A DNA stretch of 32,578 nt from a virus (taxonomy: Duplodnaviria > Caudoviricetes), in the IMG/VR virus record IMGVR_UViG_3300025723_000121, positions 1 to 32,578 of that record. The stretch is one strand, 5' to 3'. Positions 1 to 8,932 of this stretch are shown here, in pieces. The notes beneath the pieces are model-generated. The model saw only the letters and a program-made list of their open reading frames with translations, did no database searches and was not told the DNA's origin. The stretch's first letter is position 1, and each line of letters opens with the position of its first letter. Both the position numbers and the translations under genes were made by a program.

Positions 1-138
1 GCAATGATGAGTGCATTTGAGATTGAAGTTAACAACAACTATGTTGAACTGCTTGGGCAGTGGGGCATGCTTATCATGAGCTTTTACTTTGGGGGTAGAA
101 CGCTTGAGAAGATCATGGACATGAGGAACAAGAAATGA
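1..138 (+). CDS. Holin, C-terminal part (3TM holin / DUF3154-like), truncated by window start
   Basis: Frame 1 reads AMMSAFEIEVNNNYVELLGQWGMLIMSFYFGGRTLEKIMDMRNKK*. Hydrophobic helix followed by YFGGRTLEK and a basic tail. TGA overlaps the next ATG, upstream of the endolysin. Not in the ORF track. Confidence 0.75.
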   Translation, partial: AMMSAFEIEVNNNYVELLGQWGMLIMSFYFGGRTLEKIMDMRNKK

Positions 139-356
139 AAGAATGGACTCTGAAAGGTTGTGTAACTTTAATTGCAACCTTGTCTTTAATGGGAGTTATT
201 GCGTCAATGATTTGGATGTTTGTTCAAGCAGTTCTTGATCCCACAGTTGATGACAAGATTGTGTTTGATATTGTTGGTCCTGCATTTCAAAGTATTTGCG
301 GTGGCTTTTTAGGTTTAATTACAGGTATTCATATCGGAGAAAAGAAAAATGATTAA
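135..356 (+). CDS. Small two-TM membrane protein (second holin/antiholin-like lysis protein)
   Basis: Two hydrophobic segments and a charged C-terminus. ATGA-coupled to the holin and overlaps the endolysin start. Confidence 0.6.
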   Translation: MKEWTLKGCVTLIATLSLMGVIASMIWMFVQAVLDPTVDDKIVFDIVGPAFQSICGGFLGLITGIHIGEKKND

Positions 357-768
357 CTCAAGAGACTTAAATGAACTACTACCGCAAGTTAAAGAAAAAG
401 TTGATAACTTCGTTAAAGCCTGTAAAGACGCTGGAATCGACCTGCTTATTACATCTACGTATAGAGATATGGAAAGCCAAGCTCAACTTTATGCACAAGG
501 TCGCACAGCTCCGGGAAAAATTGTTACCAACGCAGGACCTGGAGATAGTTTTCATAATTATCGCTGCGCTATCGACGTTGTGCCTTTGGTTAGTGGCAAA
601 CCAGACTGGGATGGCAGCCATCCTGTATGGGCAGAGATAGGTAGACTTGGTGAAGAAAACGGGTTAGAATGGGCGGGAAAATGGGTCCACTTTAAGGAGC
701 TTGCGCACTTTCAGTATTCTGGTGGTCTGACTATTACCCAACTTAAAGAAGGCGCAAGTATTGCGTAA
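349..768 (+). CDS. Endolysin, peptidase M15 family (L-Ala-D-Glu peptidase-like)
   Basis: Motifs TYR..E.Q..LYAQGRT.PG.IVTNA, SFHNY..AIDV (Zn ligands), GLEWAG.W and ELAHFQ. RBS GGAG upstream. Confidence 0.9.
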   Translation: MINSRDLNELLPQVKEKVDNFVKACKDAGIDLLITSTYRDMESQAQLYAQGRTAPGKIVTNAGPGDSFHNYRCAIDVVPLVSGKPDWDGSHPVWAEIGRLGEENGLEWAGKWVHFKELAHFQYSGGLTITQLKEGASIA

Positions 769-774
769 TGCGTA

Positions 775-2751
775 ATGCCATTAACGAAACTACAGTTTAA
801 GCCAGGAGTAAATCGAGAAGCCACATCTTTAGCAAATGAAGGTGGTTGGTTTGACTGCAATAATATTAGGTTTCGTTCTGGATACCCCGAAAAAATAGGT
901 GGGTGGGTTGCCGACACCGGAACTACTACATCTGCTTTAAAACCACCAACCGGTGCGTATTGGGGTGTATGTCGTAATCTTTGGGTTTGGTTAAACTTAG
1001 TTGGGTACAATTTACTTGGTATTGGCACTAACCTTAAGTACTATATTCAACAAGGTGAAAACGGTGGTATCTACGACGTTACTCCGCTAAGCCATACATC
1101 TTCTGGTACAGCCACATTTGCTACGGTAGCAAGTTCTAAAACCATAACGGTTACGGACGCTAGTAATGCGGTAATAGTCAATGACTTTGTTACTTTTAGT
1201 GGGGTAACTACTACATCTGATGCAAACATAACCCCTGCCGTACTTAATGCAGAGTTTCAAGTAGTTAGTGTTATTAGCACAACTAAATATACTATTGTCG
1301 CTTCCGTAGCTGCGGCGGGTACTCATTCCAGCGTAGTTACAAGTGGAACAGTGGCGGCGGCTTATCAGATCAATACGGGACTTGCGGCGTTTACAGTAGC
1401 CCAAGGTTGGGGCGGTGGTGGATGGGGCGGCGTAAATGCAGGTTTTACATCTACTGGTTGGGGCGCGTCTTCGTCTGGTGTCGGTACAGAACCTAGAATA
1501 TGGAACTCAGCTAACTACGGTCAGGATTTAATAATAAACCCAAGTGGCGGGGCAATGTATTACTGGGCAAACACACTTAGCGGTGCATTTAATCGTGCGG
1601 TGCTTCTTGGTGCGGGGCAGACTATTACAACAGAAAGCGGCAATTTCACGGTAGACGCTACTTGCCCATCTTTAGTTAACTACATTATTATTTCTGATGC
1701 GTCGGATTTTGTTATTGCATTTGGTTGTAATGACCCATCTGGATTAGTCACAGGTACAACTATTGATCCTATGCTAGTGCGTTGGTCAGATCAACAAAAC
1801 ATTGGTATTTGGAGTCCAACTGCAACCAACCAAGCCGGTAGTTATAGGCTCAGTCAAGGCTCACAAATTGTGACGGCTATCCAAACACGGCAAGAGATTT
1901 TAATATTTACGGATAGTGCGTTATACGCACAACAATATCTTGGCCCGCCATATGTATACGGTTTTCAGATCATGGGCGAGAATATCTCAATCATGGGTCC
2001 TAACGCAACTATTTCAGTAAACAATATTACTTATTGGATGGGGCTTAATAAATTCTATATGTACAACGGTACAGTACAAACCCTACCCTGTGCAGTGCGT
2101 CAATATGTTTTTGACAACCTTAACTTAAATCAAAACTATCAAGTATGTTGTGGTAGTAACGAGGCGTATAACGAAGTATGGTGGTTCTACTGTTCAGCTA
2201 ATGCAACGCTCACCGACTCCTATGTAATTTACAACTATTTAGATCAAACTTGGGCCTACGGAAGTATGCCTAGAGGTGCTTGGTTATATAACCCACTGCG
2301 TCAAGTTCCAATATCTACAAATTATGCTGGGCAGTTAATATACCAAGAAACAGGTGTTGACGATGGAACTACTACACCAGCTAGTCCAATTAATGCTTAT
2401 GTCCAAAGTTCTGATTTTGATATTGGGGACGGTAACAATTTTGGGTTTATTTGGCGTTGTGTACCTGATGTAAATTTCACTGGTTCTTATTCTGATAATC
2501 CATCAGTTAGTATGACGTTTTTACCTAGACAAAATTCTGGGTCGGCTTATGGACAAACTAATAACCCCTCGGTTATAAGTACACAAAATTACACTGGGCA
2601 AAGAGAATACATTGTTCAACAATTCACACAACAAATCTATACTCGGGCAAGGGGTAGACAGATGGCATTTAAATTGCAATCAACTGGACTTGGGGTTCAG
2701 TGGCAATCAGGCGTGCAACGCTTGGATATTAGACCAGACGGAAGAAGATAA
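775..2751 (+). CDS. Tail / packaged-DNA stabilisation protein (P22 gp10-like beta-propeller)
   Basis: N-terminal KPGVNRE...GGWFDCNNIRFRSGYPEKIGGW, internal VRWSDQ and EVWWFY..YVIYNY, C-terminal RARGRQ...RLDIRPDGRR. Lies before the ejection genes. Confidence 0.75.
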   Translation: MPLTKLQFKPGVNREATSLANEGGWFDCNNIRFRSGYPEKIGGWVADTGTTTSALKPPTGAYWGVCRNLWVWLNLVGYNLLGIGTNLKYYIQQGENGGIYDVTPLSHTSSGTATFATVASSKTITVTDASNAVIVNDFVTFSGVTTTSDANITPAVLNAEFQVVSVISTTKYTIVASVAAAGTHSSVVTSGTVAAAYQINTGLAAFTVAQGWGGGGWGGVNAGFTSTGWGASSSGVGTEPRIWNSANYGQDLIINPSGGAMYYWANTLSGAFNRAVLLGAGQTITTESGNFTVDATCPSLVNYIIISDASDFVIAFGCNDPSGLVTGTTIDPMLVRWSDQQNIGIWSPTATNQAGSYRLSQGSQIVTAIQTRQEILIFTDSALYAQQYLGPPYVYGFQIMGENISIMGPNATISVNNITYWMGLNKFYMYNGTVQTLPCAVRQYVFDNLNLNQNYQVCCGSNEAYNEVWWFYCSANATLTDSYVIYNYLDQTWAYGSMPRGAWLYNPLRQVPISTNYAGQLIYQETGVDDGTTTPASPINAYVQSSDFDIGDGNNFGFIWRCVPDVNFTGSYSDNPSVSMTFLPRQNSGSAYGQTNNPSVISTQNYTGQREYIVQQFTQQIYTRARGRQMAFKLQSTGLGVQWQSGVQRLDIRPDGRR

Positions 2752-2957
2752 TGGCTGCAACTACGGGTTCTATATCTAACCAAGTACAAATACCGGCAGT
2801 ACCTAATCTGCCTGTTGCGCCGACTACCTATGATCAGAACTATGTAGGACAGCTTAATAACGTGTTGCGTTTATATTTTAACCAGTTAAATAATGTAGTT
2901 TCTGTAAATACAAATCAAATCGCATCCAGTGCGGTTCTTACTTGGTTAAATCAATGA
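2751..2957 (+). CDS. Small virion protein (tail needle/adaptor N-terminal-like)
   Basis: PNLPVAP..Y...Y..QLNNVLRLYFNQL amphipathic helix, coupled to the gp10-like gene. Confidence 0.55.
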   Translation: MAATTGSISNQVQIPAVPNLPVAPTTYDQNYVGQLNNVLRLYFNQLNNVVSVNTNQIASSAVLTWLNQ

Positions 2958-3289
2958 GCTATCAAAACATAGTACCCAATCAATTAGGACAGGCGGCTAT
3001 AACTACGTCTGTTACTACGTTGTATACGACCCCTGCAAATACTAGAACATTTGTAAAAGACATTAATATCTGCAATACTACTGGGTCTCCAATCACAGTA
3101 AATTTGTATTTTGTGCCGACAGGCGGTACAGCAGGTTCAGGTAATGCGTTTTACTACTCTCAGAGTATTGCGGCTAATAGTACATTACATTGGTTAGGTT
3201 CACAAATTCTTCTTCCACTTCAAACAATTCAAATGTCTGCAAGTGGGGCGGGGTGCACAATTATCATCGGTGGCGGTGAGGCAACATGA
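2954..3289 (+). CDS. Small beta-sandwich virion protein
   Basis: TTLYTTPANTRTFVKDINICN beta-rich pattern. Start placed at ATG 2954 (ATGA overlap) rather than TTG 2942. Confidence 0.55.
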   Translation: MSYQNIVPNQLGQAAITTSVTTLYTTPANTRTFVKDINICNTTGSPITVNLYFVPTGGTAGSGNAFYYSQSIAANSTLHWLGSQILLPLQTIQMSASGAGCTIIIGGGEAT

Positions 3290-3678
3290 TGGATACTTTA
3301 TTAGCTACTATTAGAGCTGGTTTTGAAAAAGATCATCAAAATAGAGAATACACCATAGATGAAGGTGTACAACGGTTTATGGACTACATAAACAATGGCG
3401 GTGCTTATATACAATTAGGTAAAGTAATAATAAAATACGAAGAAAAAAACAATATTTGCGAATTTCATTGTTGTAACGGTGGTTCCGGAAAAGATATAAC
3501 GTCTGCGGTCGCTAAGTTTTTAGATGTTATTAAAGGCGACTACCCCCGTGCGGTTACGTATTATGATAATCCAAGAGTTAACACTATATTGCATTTTGTT
3601 GGTGTGCCATTTGAAACAAAAAAAATAGATGGCGGTATTGACCGCACCTATGAAACTACTTTTATTTTAGGAAAATAA
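3286..3678 (+). CDS. Putative head-assembly / GNAT-fold protein (P22 gp14 / T7 gp13 positional analogue)
   Basis: 130 aa with EFH motif. Sits between tail and ejection genes, where podoviruses carry such a gene. Confidence 0.4.
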   Translation: MMDTLLATIRAGFEKDHQNREYTIDEGVQRFMDYINNGGAYIQLGKVIIKYEEKNNICEFHCCNGGSGKDITSAVAKFLDVIKGDYPRAVTYYDNPRVNTILHFVGVPFETKKIDGGIDRTYETTFILGK

Positions 3679-3679
3679 C

Positions 3680-5332
3680 ATGGGATTTTTTCAACAAGTA
3701 CAACACGACCCAATAGGGGCTATAAGTAGCGGCGTATCTAATGTAGTTAGTGGTATAGGTAAAGATATTTCTAATATTCCACACGATGTTTCAACATTAA
3801 TATCTAACCCTAAACGACAACTTGAAGACACATTAGATAACCCATATGCTCCTGCTCTTGCCGGGGCTGCCTTAACTGCGGCTGGACTTGGTCCTGTTGC
3901 TGCTGGGTTGGCTGTTGGGGGCACTGAAGCTGCAGCTTCGGGTAGTCTTAGTAAAGGTGTAATGGCTGGTATTGGGGCTTACGGTGGGGCAAACCTTGCT
4001 ACTGATGTTACTACTTTGGGTTCCCAAGCTGCTCAAGATACGGCAGCACAAGACGCAGCTAGAAACTTAGGTTATGGGGGCGTTGATAGTGGGACTACTG
4101 CGGCTAATATGGTGAATAACGGAGTTATGAGTACGGGAGATTACACATCTATAACCGATGCACAAAATGCGGCTGCGGCTGCGGCTGCGGCAACTCCTTT
4201 ATCAACTGCGGCAAGCGGGATAAGTTCGGCAATATCAAATCCAAGTGCGGCGCTTAGTACAATTAATCCATCTGGAACTGCATTAGGAACTGCTGCAAGT
4301 GTAGCGGGTAATGTATTACAAGCCGCAAACGGACCAAATGGAAATGCGTTAATACCTTCTGCGTCTACTACAGCTTCTACACCTGCTGCAACTGGCACTC
4401 CGTATACCGCAACTCCTGGAGGAAACCCAAGCGGGTTAGTATATAACCGCAATGCAGTAGACCCAGCAACATTAAATATGATTGGGTCACAATACGTACA
4501 AGGAGCAGTTCCGGATACAAGTGAACGCACTTACTTTAAGCCAACATACTCCCAAAGTACTCCTGCACAACCAGCACAACCAACACAAACATTGACCCCC
4601 CAACAACAAATGATGGCACAGTTTATGGGGCGCGATCCAACAGTTACAAAATCAGCAATCGGCGGGTTACAAGCTACACCACAAGCAGCTATGGGGAACT
4701 TTAATGCGCCTATGTCGCATAACGTAAACCCAGTATATAACCCAATTCAACAACAAATGCCAGTTCCTCAACCCGTTATGAATATGGCTAGTGGCGGCGA
4801 CCCAATGGATTACGGAACTGACTCAGTAACAGGACTACCTGCAAAACCAATATACGCAATCAACCCAGCAACGGGTAGACCTTACGCACAAGACATAGCA
4901 CAAAGCGGTTTATCCGGTGCAGCATTATCAGACTACGTAGCTTCACAACAAGCGCAACAAGATATAAACAACGATCCTAATGCAATCAAAGCTGCAGACG
5001 GGGGAAGTATGGGTATTTCAGCATACGCTAGTGGTGGTGGGGCGTATAATCTAGGTAGTTATTCTGATGGAGGCCGATTGCTTCGTGGCCCTGGAGACGG
5101 TGTATCAGATTCAATTCCCGCAACTATAGGAAGTAAACAACCTGCAAGGCTCGCCGACGGTGAATTTGTAGTGCCCGCACGTATAGTTTCTGAATTAGGT
5201 AACGGTTCAACAGAAGCCGGAGCCCGTAAACTTTATGGCATGTTAGACAGAATTCAACACGCTAGACGTAAAACTGTGGGTATAGGTAATGTGGCTAAAA
5301 ATAGCCATGCAGATAAACACTTACCTGCATAA
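3680..5332 (+). CDS. Internal virion / DNA ejection protein with tape-measure-like C-terminal motif
   Basis: Gly/Ala-rich hydrophobic hairpin near the N-terminus, low-complexity middle, C-terminal GPGDGVSDSIPA...LADGEFVVPA motif. Confidence 0.65.
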   Translation: MGFFQQVQHDPIGAISSGVSNVVSGIGKDISNIPHDVSTLISNPKRQLEDTLDNPYAPALAGAALTAAGLGPVAAGLAVGGTEAAASGSLSKGVMAGIGAYGGANLATDVTTLGSQAAQDTAAQDAARNLGYGGVDSGTTAANMVNNGVMSTGDYTSITDAQNAAAAAAAATPLSTAASGISSAISNPSAALSTINPSGTALGTAASVAGNVLQAANGPNGNALIPSASTTASTPAATGTPYTATPGGNPSGLVYNRNAVDPATLNMIGSQYVQGAVPDTSERTYFKPTYSQSTPAQPAQPTQTLTPQQQMMAQFMGRDPTVTKSAIGGLQATPQAAMGNFNAPMSHNVNPVYNPIQQQMPVPQPVMNMASGGDPMDYGTDSVTGLPAKPIYAINPATGRPYAQDIAQSGLSGAALSDYVASQQAQQDINNDPNAIKAADGGSMGISAYASGGGAYNLGSYSDGGRLLRGPGDGVSDSIPATIGSKQPARLADGEFVVPARIVSELGNGSTEAGARKLYGMLDRIQHARRKTVGIGNVAKNSHADKHLPA

Positions 5333-5344
5333 CGGAGAATATAA

Positions 5345-8300
5345 ATGACTACATCTTCATTCACAACAGGTTCGCCATCAACTACCACAGGTACAAGTGG
5401 TATAGCGGCGTATGCGCTACCCTATGCGCAACAAAATTTAGCTAATGCTTGGGCTACAAGTCAACAACCCTACCAAGCATACCAAGGGCAGCAAAACGCT
5501 GCAATGACGGGGCTGCAAAATCAATCTTTTGAAGCCGCGCAAAACTTAGGTATAAACCCAAATACAACTGCAGCGGGTACTGCGGCTGGGCAAGCAACGC
5601 AAAATTTACTTAATACTGGCTATAACCCAATTAATGCGAGTTATCAAAGCGTAAATGCACCAAGTTTAAATAATTATTCAATGGGCACGCCAATGACAAG
5701 CGCGGCTCAAACGAGTGCAGCTCAGTTAGGTTATGCTCCTACGGCTCAAGCCCAAAATGCATACGCGGTAAATTCCAATGCTGCATATGGACAAGCGGCT
5801 CAAACAGGCGCATCACCCTATATGAGTGCGGCTCAATTTCAAGGGCCTGGTAGTGTTGGGTATAACAACGTATACAGTCAAGGGTTTAATAATCAATCTG
5901 CTGCGCAGTTGATGAATCCGTATTTACAACAATCACTTAACCCACAAATAGCTTTGCTTAACCAACAGCAAGGTATGCAACAAGCTCAAAACCAAGCACA
6001 AGCTACACAAGCAGGCGCATTTGGTGGCTCACGTATGGGCGTACAGAATGCTTTACAAAACCAATCTAACCAATTGGCAATGAGCAACCTAGTAGGTCAA
6101 GGATATAACAACGCGTTTAATAATGCGCAACAACAATTTAATACACAAAACGCAGCATCGCTTCAAGCACAACAAGCTAACCAAGCAGCGGGTATTAACA
6201 CTGGGCAGTTCAATGCTCAAATGGGTTATAACACCGGGTTACAAAATGCTCAATTGCAACAACAAGCTGGTTTAGCTAATCAAAGTCTTGCTGGTCAATA
6301 TGGTTTGCAAAATGCTTCTATGCAACAGCAAACAAACATGGCTAATGCAGCTAATCAACAACAAACTAATTTAGCTAATCAATCGGCACAAAATCAATTT
6401 GGTTTATCTAATCAAGCAGCTCAAAATCAATTTGGTTTAGCTAATCAACAAATGGCTGGTCAATATGGACTCCAACAAGGGCAGTTCAACCAAGCAGCTA
6501 ATTTAGCTAACCAATCGGCACAACAACAAGCTAATCTTGCTAATCAACAGGCTGGATTAACTGCGGGGCAAGCAAACTTAGGCGCACAATTATCAACACA
6601 ACAACTTGGCGCACAACAAAATTTAGCTGCCCAACAGGCTAACCAACAAGCCGGACTAACTGCGCAACAAGCCAATATTAACCAACAACAATACGGTGCA
6701 GGACTAGGGCTGTCTGCTAATCAAGCAGCAATTTCAGGCGCTAATGCGCAAGCTAATATTGGTCAAAATCAGTACGCACAACAAACTGGAAACATTGGTT
6801 TACAGAATACACTTGGCGCACAGCAACAACAATACCAACAAGGATTACTTAATACTCAGTATCAAAACTACGTTAATCAATTGAACTACCCATACCAGCA
6901 ACAAGGGTACATACAAAATATGGTTAACGGCTATCCAGTTCAAAGTACTCAATCTACAACACAACCTAGTAGCCCATCTGGTATACAAAATATTGCGGCA
7001 TTAGGTGTAGGTGCTTATGGTGCATCTCAACTATTTCCTAATTTAGGCAGTAGTATAGCCAACGCTCTTACATTTGCTGATGGCGGGATAATGAAGTCTT
7101 ACAAAAAAGGCGGAATGGTTGATCGCTATGCCGACAGTGGACTTACAAGCTCAATAACAAGCCCATTAGCTACAACTAATCCAAACATGCTTAAAAAGGC
7201 AATCGAGCATGCTGAAGCTAGAGGGGATACTGAAACCGCTACTGCACTGCAAACAGAACTTGGCGCACAGAATTACGCAACCCAACAGTTAAGAAGCTTG
7301 CCCCAACCTGCAACAGCAGGGGCACCACAGGCAGGAAGCTATGGGTCTAACCCGCAAACTGCAAGTGGGCTAACAGGCGCAGGTAACGGACAACGTGGTA
7401 TACCTAATCCACAATCAGCATCAGGACAAAATACACAAAGCTTACCAAGTCTTACTGACTTGATTAAGATGCAAAATGATGCAAACAAAGTACAACGTAA
7501 AGCGGTATCCCAACCAGGACAAATGGCTGTAGCAGACAATACTGCTTATGCTAATGCTATTAGTGATTCTCCTGTAATTGATCCTGTTATGCCAACTGAG
7601 TCTAAAAAACGTGGTGGTATTACTGATGTAGCTAGATATAAAGACGACGGTGTAACTACCTTGGGCAATAACTTACCTGCGGATATACAAAATGCCAACA
7701 TGGGGAACAACACTTTAGACTTTGGTGCGCCAAGTACTTTAAACGCTGTTCGTGAAGATAGAGGATTACCCGCAGTATCTGTGGGACAAGTACGAGATGT
7801 TCCTAATCAAGAAACATTAACACAAGCAAATGCAGAAGCACAGCAGCTGCAATCACAATCAATAAGTAGTGCGGTTGCACCAACAACTGCAAAAGCTGCA
7901 GCTCAACAAGGATTATCAAATCTTGGACTTGACTTTAAACAAGTGCCAACATTAACGTATGATGAAATGGTTACAAAGCTTGGTCAAAGACCAACTATGA
8001 ATTATGATCAATTACGCACGGCTAATAATAGTATATACGGTAACCCAGAAGATAATGCAAGACAAAATAGAGCATTTGCAGCTTTTTCTGCGTTGCCCGG
8101 ACTTTTATCAGGCAACCAAGCTGGGCGTGGAATAGCGCAAGGTCTAAGTGATTTTGGCACTACTGCAACTAAGATGCAAGAAGCTGAAGATAGAAAACGA
8201 CAAGCTACAGCTGAGATGAACATGAAACTTAACTTAGCTCAACATGCTGAGAAACTGGATGATTGGAAACAAAATAAAGAACTAATAGTTTCAGCTAATA

Positions 8301-8923
8301 AGAACGCTCAAGAAGCTACTAGAGAAGACTTTAAAGCTAAGATTGAAATGGCTAAGTTATTAAAAGATAATAAAGTACCAGGTGCAGATCAAGCATATCA
8401 AGCTATGGTATATGCTCAAGCACATCCAGAAGATAAGGCCGCACAAGAGGCAGCAAAAATAGCAAGGGAGTTTATAGTAATGAGTCACCCCGCACCTATT
8501 GCGGCTGGTATTACTGCGGCTCAATCTGGGGCTAATAATCAATCAAATAATGACATAAAAGCTCAGATAGCTAATATGCAAAATGCGCTAAAACAAAATG
8601 AAGATGCAGCTAAAGCAGTTGCAAAGATTAGAATAACACCCGAATACTCAAATGCAACTAGAGCAGAACAATTTCAAATGGAAGCGAATGCAGATGCTAG
8701 CGCTCGTAAAGGTGTAAATACCGTGCAAGTAAGCCCTAGTGCTAAAGGTAACCCTGCGCCTTCAGTCGCGCCTAGTAATAAACCAGTTAAAGTTTTAGAC
8801 GTGCCAAAAAATCCATCAAAAGATAACTTAGTTATAAATGGAGTATATCCACTTGCTAATGGGGGTTATGGGCAATGGACAGGTACGGGGTTTAGAACTT
8901 ATACTGGTTCTGTAGCACAATAA
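5345..8923 (+). CDS. Internal virion / DNA ejection (pilot) protein, Q/N/A-rich
   Basis: RBS GGAGA. QAGAFGGSR motif, 11-residue Q/N repeats, hydrophobic GVGAYGA segment, helical C-terminal half. Confidence 0.7.
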   Translation: MTTSSFTTGSPSTTTGTSGIAAYALPYAQQNLANAWATSQQPYQAYQGQQNAAMTGLQNQSFEAAQNLGINPNTTAAGTAAGQATQNLLNTGYNPINASYQSVNAPSLNNYSMGTPMTSAAQTSAAQLGYAPTAQAQNAYAVNSNAAYGQAAQTGASPYMSAAQFQGPGSVGYNNVYSQGFNNQSAAQLMNPYLQQSLNPQIALLNQQQGMQQAQNQAQATQAGAFGGSRMGVQNALQNQSNQLAMSNLVGQGYNNAFNNAQQQFNTQNAASLQAQQANQAAGINTGQFNAQMGYNTGLQNAQLQQQAGLANQSLAGQYGLQNASMQQQTNMANAANQQQTNLANQSAQNQFGLSNQAAQNQFGLANQQMAGQYGLQQGQFNQAANLANQSAQQQANLANQQAGLTAGQANLGAQLSTQQLGAQQNLAAQQANQQAGLTAQQANINQQQYGAGLGLSANQAAISGANAQANIGQNQYAQQTGNIGLQNTLGAQQQQYQQGLLNTQYQNYVNQLNYPYQQQGYIQNMVNGYPVQSTQSTTQPSSPSGIQNIAALGVGAYGASQLFPNLGSSIANALTFADGGIMKSYKKGGMVDRYADSGLTSSITSPLATTNPNMLKKAIEHAEARGDTETATALQTELGAQNYATQQLRSLPQPATAGAPQAGSYGSNPQTASGLTGAGNGQRGIPNPQSASGQNTQSLPSLTDLIKMQNDANKVQRKAVSQPGQMAVADNTAYANAISDSPVIDPVMPTESKKRGGITDVARYKDDGVTTLGNNLPADIQNANMGNNTLDFGAPSTLNAVREDRGLPAVSVGQVRDVPNQETLTQANAEAQQLQSQSISSAVAPTTAKAAAQQGLSNLGLDFKQVPTLTYDEMVTKLGQRPTMNYDQLRTANNSIYGNPEDNARQNRAFAAFSALPGLLSGNQAGRGIAQGLSDFGTTATKMQEAEDRKRQATAEMNMKLNLAQHAEKLDDWKQNKELIVSANKNAQEATREDFKAKIEMAKLLKDNKVPGADQAYQAMVYAQAHPEDKAAQEAAKIAREFIVMSHPAPIAAGITAAQSGANNQSNNDIKAQIANMQNALKQNEDAAKAVAKIRITPEYSNATRAEQFQMEANADASARKGVNTVQVSPSAKGNPAPSVAPSNKPVKVLDVPKNPSKDNLVINGVYPLANGGYGQWTGTGFRTYTGSVAQ

Positions 8924-8932
8924 GGAATTTAT

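Noticed and set aside
371-640. 89-aa alternate-frame ORF inside the endolysin (possible embedded spanin)
   Set aside because: No lipobox or signal peptide and no clear RBS. Probably a shadow ORF.
4169-4192. (GCGGCT)n microsatellite
   Set aside because: In-frame poly-Ala linker. The unit is a multiple of 3, so it cannot cause phase variation.
3691-4530. Minus-strand Ala/Pro-rich ORFs opposite the ejection gene
   Set aside because: Antisense shadows of GCN-rich codons, with no RBS or promoter support.
6270-6720. 33-bp periodic repeats as a CRISPR array or DGR template/variable repeat
   Set aside because: Degenerate in-frame coding repeats with no spacers, no adenine-specific mismatch pattern and no reverse transcriptase in the window.
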